Source: a virus
Lineage: Duplodnaviria; Caudoviricetes
Strand: one strand, 5' to 3'
Virus record (IMG/VR): IMGVR_UViG_3300023091_000001
Coordinates: 1 to 53,124 of that record
Length of the DNA stretch: 53,124 bases
The notes below the pieces were generated by a model that was not told the DNA's origin, did no database searches, and worked only from the letters and a program-made list of their open reading frames with translations. This document shows, in pieces, positions 46,741 to 53,124 of this stretch; position 1 is the stretch's first letter; every line of letters starts with the position of its first letter. Both the position numbers and the translations under genes were made by a program.

Positions 46741-46927
46741 GGAGCCGATTTCTCTTTTGGGTAAGTTCGATTTGCAGCGTCTTGTTTCTACGGATCGATT
46801 TCCTGGGATGAAGCTTATTTACACACAGCATGGTATTGAGCTGCTCTACAAGGGATCCAATGCGATTATTCCGTTTAACAATATCCAGGTTTTCGAGCTG
46901 TACCCAGATGCAGCGGGCACAGACTAG
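46700..46927 (+). CDS. Hypothetical protein
   Basis: 75 aa; C-terminal IIPFNNI. Confidence 0.6.
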   Translation: MLKYNNPVKSVLLREPISLLGKFDLQRLVSTDRFPGMKLIYTQHGIELLYKGSNAIIPFNNIQVFELYPDAAGTD

Positions 46928-46981
46928 GTGATATCCGAATATGCTAAGGTGAAGTAATTCTATTGTCGAGAATGTGTATCT

Positions 46982-47389
46982 ATGGAGCGAGATCCAAAAA
47001 AGACAATTCAGATTTTTGACAATCCGCCTGATGCCAAGAATCGTAAAATTATTGTTCGGGAGCCGAAGGTAGAAGAGCCTCTGTACACCACTGTCGAAGA
47101 CACTAATCTGGATGACCTGTCGTCTCAAGCAATCGAAGTTATGCGTCGGGAGATTGATTACCTCCTACAAATCTCTGCCTCTAAAAAGCTAGAAGTTAGT
47201 GAAAGTCGCGATCTAGTCGCATACCTCCGGCTCCTGAAAGAAATTAGTCACCAAGATGACCAGGCGTTGGCTAAGCTGTCGGATGAGGAATTGGAGAAGT
47301 TCCTAAGGAGGAAGAAACGTGTTGCAAGGGCGTCAAGCGCAGCAAGAGTTATTACAAAGGAAGCGGAAAAAACAAGCGGCGGAGAGTGA
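46982..47389 (+). CDS. Possible terminase small subunit
   Basis: Helical, contains LSDEEL, directly upstream of and overlapping terL. Confidence 0.5.
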   Translation: MERDPKKTIQIFDNPPDAKNRKIIVREPKVEEPLYTTVEDTNLDDLSSQAIEVMRREIDYLLQISASKKLEVSESRDLVAYLRLLKEISHQDDQALAKLSDEELEKFLRRKKRVARASSAARVITKEAEKTSGGE

Positions 47390-48773
47390 GAAGCCGGTAT
47401 TTGATATCGCTCAATACTTGTTTGCCGAACAACTAGCTTTCGTTAATGATCCACATCCATTTTCTACCGCTCTATGTTCACGTCGTGCGGGAAAGACTGT
47501 AGCCTGCGCGTCTGATTTGATAGACACCTGCCTTAAGAATCCGGACACTGTGTCAGCCTATATAACCCTATCCCGCAAGAACACAAAGCGTATCGTTTGG
47601 CCAATACTAAAACAAATAAACAGAGACTTTGGATTAGGTGGTAAATTCAATAACACTGATTTGACTATAACGTTTCCTAATGATTCTCAGATTCAACTGT
47701 CTGGTGCTAAAGATTCTGAGGAAACTGAGAAGCTCAGAGGGCTCCCCTTTAAAAAAGTGTATATTGATGAAAGTCAATCATTCCGGGCACATATACGAGA
47801 ACTTATTGACGACATTCTAGCCCCAGCGCTAATGGATTACAACGGAGTACTTAGACTAATCGGGACGCCTGGGCCGGTTCCTACTGGCTTCTTTTTTGAG
47901 TCGTGTCGTTCAAAAGAATTTACACACCACGAGTGGTCTTTTTTTAACAATCCTTTTATAGCCCAGAAATCGGGCAAGACTCATCAGCAGCTTCTAGATC
48001 GCGAGCTTAAGCGTAGAGGAGTCACCATAAATCATCCCTCTATACAAAGAGAGTGGTGCGGAAAATGGGTCCTGGACTCTGATGCGCTTCTTTTACACTG
48101 GTCAGAAACTAAAAATGACTACACCACGATGCCTCCCGGAGCGTACACCTACACTATGGGAGTTGACATTGGATTTGAAGACTCAGATGCTCTGTGTGTG
48201 CTGGCCGCATCAGACGCCACACATTGTGTTTACTTGGTTGAAGAGGTTATAGTAGCTAAAGCCGATATCACATCGTTGATGCAGAATATTCAGTACCTGC
48301 GAAATCGCTATAATGTTTCTAAGATAGTAATGGATACCGGCGGATTGGGAAGGAAAATATCGGAAGAGCTAACACGCCGTCACCACATTCCCTTGATTAG
48401 TGCTGAGAAAACGCGCAAGATGGAAAACATGGCTCTGCTGGATGATGCTCTAAGGACTGGTCACTTCAAAGCGAGAGTGAATAGCCGATTTGCGGAAGAG
48501 TCAATGCTTGTAGAGATAGACCGCGAGAAGTCGACAAGTGAGCGCATAGTGGTTAGTGATAGGTTCCACTCGGATATATTAGACTCGGCTTTATATGCGT
48601 TCAGGGAGACCATGGCTTGGGCGAATAGCCAGGAGCCCGATAAGCCGAAGTGGGGCACGAAAGAGTGGTTTGCAGCTCAAGTTGATGAAATGGAGCGACA
48701 GGAAATCGAGCGATTGGAGAGTGCCGAGGGCGCTTCTGGGCGTGGAGAGGGAAATAGTGGTGGTTGGTGGTAA
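47319..48773 (+). CDS. terL: Terminase large subunit
   Basis: SRRAGKT (Walker A), YIDESQ (Walker B), LIGTP (motif III), GVDIG nuclease motif, HSDILDSALY. Confidence 0.95.
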   Translation: MLQGRQAQQELLQRKRKKQAAESEKPVFDIAQYLFAEQLAFVNDPHPFSTALCSRRAGKTVACASDLIDTCLKNPDTVSAYITLSRKNTKRIVWPILKQINRDFGLGGKFNNTDLTITFPNDSQIQLSGAKDSEETEKLRGLPFKKVYIDESQSFRAHIRELIDDILAPALMDYNGVLRLIGTPGPVPTGFFFESCRSKEFTHHEWSFFNNPFIAQKSGKTHQQLLDRELKRRGVTINHPSIQREWCGKWVLDSDALLLHWSETKNDYTTMPPGAYTYTMGVDIGFEDSDALCVLAASDATHCVYLVEEVIVAKADITSLMQNIQYLRNRYNVSKIVMDTGGLGRKISEELTRRHHIPLISAEKTRKMENMALLDDALRTGHFKARVNSRFAEESMLVEIDREKSTSERIVVSDRFHSDILDSALYAFRETMAWANSQEPDKPKWGTKEWFAAQVDEMERQEIERLESAEGASGRGEGNSGGWW

Positions 48774-48863
48774 CGCTACTGAGTAATTTCTGTAAGAGTC
48801 TGTTAGAACGCAAGTTAGCTAAGAATGGTCTTTCAAGGCTTACAGATATTACTCGGAAATCAT

Positions 48864-49055
48864 AAAGCTGCGGCAGTACGGGAAGCTGTGATGGACCCCC
48901 GCTGGTGCGGGGATAGTCGGCACTGGAGACGTACAGAACCTATAGTGACTCTCGTGTAGGAGACTAGGATGACACGCTACGGTCGTAAAGATAATCGCAG
49001 GCAGGGCAGCCTGGTGTCACGAGAGCGGGTGGAGTCGCGACCGCCTCGCAGTTTT
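48864..49055 (+). ncRNA. Candidate structured RNA (family not identified)
   Basis: Closing stem AAAGCUGCGG/UCGCAGUUUU; internal stems CCCCGC/GCGGGG, CUCUCGUG/CACGAGAG and CAGGC/GCCUG. Confidence 0.5.
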
Positions 49056-49223
49056 ATGAATAAACTACATTGGCTGACATGCTGGTGGTCACCGTGGTCT
49101 GAGCCTTTTCAATCACGGTGTAAAATTCTGTGGTATCGTAAGAGACGTTGTAGAGTGTGCCAAAAACAGCAGATACAGATTGACTATGAAACTCTTAAGG
49201 AAATGCGTAAGATGGCTGACTAA
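49056..49223 (+). CDS. Small Cys/Trp-rich protein
   Basis: MNKLHWLTCWWSPWS...CRVC. Confidence 0.5.
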   Translation: MNKLHWLTCWWSPWSEPFQSRCKILWYRKRRCRVCQKQQIQIDYETLKEMRKMAD

Positions 49224-49635
49224 GGTGAGTCAGTACGCCAGACTCCTATGGGATGATGAGGATTGGGATTATCACTTTGTATTAAAACTGCTTCAATACA
49301 AGCTAAGCCGAACTAGAAAATGCATTGTGAAGAATCGACTTATTACGGATGCCCATCGGGTGGGAAGAGAGATTTGGATAGCCGAGAAGCTTATTCAGCG
49401 TATTCTAGACAATGAGTATACGGATTACGATGAAGAGCTAATAACCCGTACATTCGGTGAGCTTGTTCTAAAAGACGGGCACTTAACGTGTGCAAAGATC
49501 ACGGACACCCTGATGGAAGCTGAATATCATGAAGCACTGCGGCATATGGTTGCACACGAGGAGTATTTATTAAAACAAGATTATGCCTATTTACTCAAAC
49601 ATATTCAACGACATATAAGAGGATGGTGGGACTGA
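49180..49635 (+). CDS. Hypothetical phage protein
   Basis: LWDDEDWDY..LL..KL and C-terminal GWWD. Confidence 0.75.
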   Translation: MTMKLLRKCVRWLTKVSQYARLLWDDEDWDYHFVLKLLQYKLSRTRKCIVKNRLITDAHRVGREIWIAEKLIQRILDNEYTDYDEELITRTFGELVLKDGHLTCAKITDTLMEAEYHEALRHMVAHEEYLLKQDYAYLLKHIQRHIRGWWD

Positions 49636-49838
49636 ACATGAGAGATTACGTAACTAGAGTGTTCATAGACTTAAAACGACAGATTATTTGGGTGTATACT
49701 GATAACTCAGTTAGAGATAACCGATATAAAGACATCGATGATTTGTTCAACAGACTGACCGCAATAACGGAGAGCAACGCCAAATTCACGATTAAGGAAT
49801 CTCCGGCTGAAATAAAATCTAGTCTACGAAATCGATAG
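49623..49838 (+). CDS. Hypothetical protein
   Basis: Last gene of the + strand operon. Confidence 0.55.
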   Translation: MVGLNMRDYVTRVFIDLKRQIIWVYTDNSVRDNRYKDIDDLFNRLTAITESNAKFTIKESPAEIKSSLRNR

Positions 49839-49853
49839 TGCTGACCGCAACGG

Positions 49854-50168
49854 CTAGCAGTCGAACCATAGGTCAATATCTCCTTCTGCGTTCTTTCGTC
49901 CACTAACTACCGTTAGGCACGTTCTGTTATCCGTGTATGCGCTGATGGTCTTAATCTCAGATAGTATTTCCTCCAACCCAGACGCTGTATCCAAGCGCTC
50001 ATCCTCACATATTTCTGTGTCTCTTTCCACCTTATTCAGCAAGGATTCCAAGTGTTTAATCAAATCATTGGACTCGTGCATACATCGCTCTTGGATTCGT
50101 ATTATCTTCAGGTCTTTGATTATATTGGTCTTTTTGTCATGCATCATAAAACCTCGTATAATGCCCAA
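49854..50168 (-). CDS. Hypothetical protein
   Basis: GAGGT RBS before MMHDKK. Confidence 0.6.
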   Translation of the reverse strand: MGIIRGFMMHDKKTNIIKDLKIIRIQERCMHESNDLIKHLESLLNKVERDTEICEDERLDTASGLEEILSEIKTISAYTDNRTCLTVVSGRKNAEGDIDLWFDC

Positions 50169-50195
50169 GGACGCACGCCGAGGGCTTGGTCTATG

Positions 50196-50651
50196 TCACT
50201 CTACCAGTTTGAGCTTCCCCGCTCGCTGTAGGGCCTTCCAGTCGTGATCTTCGATATGCGGAAGCTCGAAGTACTTGGCGTGAGGCATACCGTACCACTC
50301 CAGCGTCAGCTCTTTACCCGGGTCCGCGTTGTAGTTGATGACGGCCACGCCAACAATATCTCTAAACCAATAACGGTCAAAGTCAGCTCCAAGCTGGGTA
50401 AGCTTAAATAAGTCAATAGCCGCATTGAAGTTGTGAGCAGACTGGCCATAATGAGCATTAGATTTACCTAAGTCGCAGAAGCGCTCCTGGTCCTCTTTAC
50501 CGCGTCCAGCCCAGGATATATGCGCTTCAGGATGCATTTTTTGGAGCTGGGTGAACCAAGCGCGTAGGCCTGGATGGAAGTCTGGATAGCGGTCGAAGAT
50601 TTGAGCACATTTTTCGCAACAGCCTGTATTAATGTGATGTATTAGTGCCAT
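50196..50651 (-). CDS. Endolysin, peptidase M15 family
   Basis: GR..EDQ, SAHNFNAAID, ELPHIE. Confidence 0.9.
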   Translation of the reverse strand: MALIHHINTGCCEKCAQIFDRYPDFHPGLRAWFTQLQKMHPEAHISWAGRGKEDQERFCDLGKSNAHYGQSAHNFNAAIDLFKLTQLGADFDRYWFRDIVGVAVINYNADPGKELTLEWYGMPHAKYFELPHIEDHDWKALQRAGKLKLVE

Positions 50652-50862
50652 ACTTGCTCAACAGATAAATAATTAGAGAGCCAACGCCAACACTGCTCAG
50701 AAAGTACATTACTCCCTCAAGCATGTACACGCGGCGTTGGATCGGTAGAACCATAACTTCTAGCAGTTCGGTGCGTCGTATATGGTCTTTAAGCACCTCT
50801 TCTTGTCGGGCCAAGATCTCTTTTATTTCGCTTATATCTTTTTGGATCGACGGGACTGTCAT
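50629..50862 (-). CDS. Coiled coil + C-terminal TM (holin/antiholin candidate)
   Basis: Adjacent to the endolysin; TM segment VGVGSLIIYLL. Confidence 0.55.
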   Translation of the reverse strand: MTVPSIQKDISEIKEILARQEEVLKDHIRRTELLEVMVLPIQRRVYMLEGVMYFLSSVGVGSLIIYLLSKYGTNTSH

Positions 50863-50865
50863 GAG

Positions 50866-52134
50866 TTACTCCACTAGAATTTGTCCGATTAAAGAAGTAC
50901 CGGTATCAGCGTACACCAACGTGTTGTTACTAGAATTCCACGCTAAAGTGATTGGTGAACCCATCGCCATAACTGTGCCTATAATGTAGTTAGTAGGAGG
51001 AGTGGTGCCATTTCCAATGTTTGTGATTCCAACTATATCGTATATGTAGTTGGGCTTCATTGGAATCTTGTAACACGTGGCAGTGTGTGCGGAGATTACT
51101 TTTATTTTAGACGAAGTTAGATCTGCAAGGCAAATATTACCACGCCCATCTTGGACAATACTTTGAATATGTTTAAATGTAGCGTTAACTGCAAGACCAC
51201 CACTACCAGTATCGTTATAAGTTCCAGTCCCCGCAATTTTATACATTTTCCTCGCAGTCATGGACACTCCCCACTGAGTCGCAGTTACGGCAGACAACAC
51301 ACTAACGTAGTCGTTGGTTAAGTCACTCAAATAAATATTATTTTGTGTATCCACCCAAATGGCTGAGATACTCCCTAATATATTCCCTAATGGGGACGCA
51401 CCGTTAGAGAAAGACCCAGCAGTACCCGAGCTGCTTCCTATAATAGTGTAACCGTTATTCGCAGTCATCGAAACGCCATAATAGGTGCCTGTTGTTTGGC
51501 ACCCACAAACTACACGATAGTTGCCCAAGTCGACAAAAAGTAAGTTACCAGCAGTATCAATCGCACACCCCGACAATGAATTCGTATTAAAGTTAGCAAG
51601 TGATACCCCATCAACAGAGCGTCCAGAAGATCCGGTAACGTTTACGCACCCGTAAATATAGTTTGCTGTAGTTGGAATATTAACCCCCAGTGACGTGACT
51701 CCTATTAGATAATTTCCAGTAGTTCTAGAAATTGCGCGTATAGTATTAGCCCCAGAATCTGTAAAATACAGATTGGAGCCGGTATCCCCGACAAACGCCA
51801 GAGGCGCGTATATTTTAGCGTTTGTCGCCAATCCATTATTACCAGAATTACCAGCCTGAGACAGTGTACCTGCAATAGTGTACGCACTACCACCTGTCAT
51901 GGAGATGCCCCAGTACGTCCCAGTTACTTTGGGGATCATTTGAATAATGCTATATCCTGAATTGGATATGTAAAGGTTACCTACGGAATCACACAGGAGC
52001 GCGCGAGGGGAGCTCACTGATACAGATAACGCAGCTGTCCCATTAGCTGTTGACCCTCCTGACTGAGTTCCTACAATTCTACTAACGTAGTCGCCTTGTC
52101 TCATTGCTAGTGGAGTTGTGCTAATTAAACCCAT
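50866..52134 (-). CDS. NHL-repeat beta-propeller protein (putative receptor-binding tip)
   Basis: Repeated D..GNLY.SD / IAGT / YWG.SMT blades; ATG 2 nt after the fibre stop codon. Confidence 0.75.
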   Translation of the reverse strand: MGLISTTPLAMRQGDYVSRIVGTQSGGSTANGTAALSVSVSSPRALLCDSVGNLYISNSGYSIIQMIPKVTGTYWGISMTGGSAYTIAGTLSQAGNSGNNGLATNAKIYAPLAFVGDTGSNLYFTDSGANTIRAISRTTGNYLIGVTSLGVNIPTTANYIYGCVNVTGSSGRSVDGVSLANFNTNSLSGCAIDTAGNLLFVDLGNYRVVCGCQTTGTYYGVSMTANNGYTIIGSSSGTAGSFSNGASPLGNILGSISAIWVDTQNNIYLSDLTNDYVSVLSAVTATQWGVSMTARKMYKIAGTGTYNDTGSGGLAVNATFKHIQSIVQDGRGNICLADLTSSKIKVISAHTATCYKIPMKPNYIYDIVGITNIGNGTTPPTNYIIGTVMAMGSPITLAWNSSNNTLVYADTGTSLIGQILVE

Positions 52135-52135
52135 A

Positions 52136-53124
52136 TTACGCCAAATAGTTTCCGACAAAACTTACAAAAAATGAACTGCTTGTAGAAGCGTAAATGTTCA
52201 CTAAGAGTACCCCAGTTGTAGCTGGAATTGCTGCTGGGGCTACTGATGATGAATTCATCCATGTGGTTGTACCACTGCCCGTTGTCGTTATTGTGTAAGC
52301 TGAACCGCTTGTGTTTACGCAACGTAAAACATATGAGCCGCCTGCTACTGCGTTGCTCAAAGTTACTGTGCAGTTTCCAGTCATACTTATTAGTTGAGAG
52401 GAGCCTTTTGATAAATCTACTGTTATAGTGGTAGAACTATTTCCCGCATTATACTCGGAGGGGCTCATTACGTAAGTACTATATTTAACAGCACCTGCGA
52501 AAGTCGTAGATTGGTCACTATTCACAGTTAAGCCTACCACAGGTGTAATAGAGCCTACTGGAGTAGTCATTATCTTCAAGTTACCAGCCATGCTGGAGGA
52601 GCTGGGAGATGGGTCAGTTACATCTGACTCTAACTGGGCCGCTTGGCGGTAGGTCGAACCATCGTATGCCCAGAATCCTTTAGCGTGTATCATGTCGCCA
52701 GTTTGAACTAGAGTTGGTGAAGCTTCGGTACCCCTAGACCTTAAAAATGAAGACAAGGAGCCGGATGTGGCTGTGTTCGAATTCCGTCCTACTGTAAATT
52801 CCATCAAATTTGTAGCGTCTTGATTATGAATTTTTAGGCGGGAATTATAATTTACGCTATTTAAGGACGTACCAACCGAAGCACTACCCACAGATAATCC
52901 CGCGTTGGCGGCGTCATAGAATAGATTAGCATTATCTTGGGTATAGACTCCACCTCCATCAGCGAATACAATGCTACCAGTTGTAAAGGCCGTGGTTGTG
53001 CCTGTTCCACCATTAGCGACAGCTATTGTAGTACCGTTCCAGATACCAGTTGAAATAGTACCAACACTGGTAAGAGACGATGAAACTATGGTGGAGTTTA
53101 AAGTCGTACCTGACAGAGTTCCCG
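52136..53124 (-). CDS. Long tail fibre protein, 3' part (continuation of 1..2131)
   Basis: In frame across the junction; contains RSRGT..SPT.V..GD and the C-terminal TITVDLS.G..Q...TGN. Confidence 0.85.
   Translation of the reverse strand, partial: GTLSGTTLNSTIVSSSLTSVGTISTGIWNGTTIAVANGGTGTTTAFTTGSIVFADGGGVYTQDNANLFYDAANAGLSVGSASVGTSLNSVNYNSRLKIHNQDATNLMEFTVGRNSNTATSGSLSSFLRSRGTEASPTLVQTGDMIHAKGFWAYDGSTYRQAAQLESDVTDPSPSSSSMAGNLKIMTTPVGSITPVVGLTVNSDQSTTFAGAVKYSTYVMSPSEYNAGNSSTTITVDLSKGSSQLISMTGNCTVTLSNAVAGGSYVLRCVNTSGSAYTITTTGSGTTTWMNSSSVAPAAIPATTGVLLVNIYASTSSSFFVSFVGNYLA
52981..53124. repeat. Terminal direct repeat, copy 2
   Basis: Matches positions 1-144. Confidence 0.95.

Noticed and set aside
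48780-49055. tRNA, tmRNA or SRP gene
   Set aside because: No T-loop GTTCRA cloverleaf or SRP core motif found by eye.
1-53124. Alternative genetic code
   Set aside because: Core genes are intact in the standard code; the only fragmented gene, MCP, is explained by introns.

Overview
The window is an apparently complete, circularly permuted tailed-phage genome of about 52,980 bp: positions 1-144 recur at 52981-53124 with one mismatch. It looks podovirus-like, with terminase, portal, scaffold, major capsid protein (MCP), adaptor/nozzle, three ejection-type proteins, several tail fibre/spike genes and no tape measure or sheath. It also encodes a family A DNA polymerase, an AEP primase, a YqaJ exonuclease, nucleotide-pool enzymes, an M15 endolysin, a small serine recombinase and a block of small early genes. 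The main hidden structure is an MCP gene split into three exons by two group I (IA-like) introns; the P1, P10, P3 and P7 pairings can be read directly in the sequence. Intron 1 carries an EndoVII-type homing endonuclease. Intron 2 has no ORF, but a free-standing EndoVII endonuclease lies just downstream, suggesting collaborative homing. A ~991-aa tail fibre gene crosses the contig junction and is missing from the ORF track. Also seen are candidate structured RNAs, sigma54-like promoters, repeat arrays and a shared peptide motif in virion proteins. All functional calls come from reading motifs by eye; no database searches were run.
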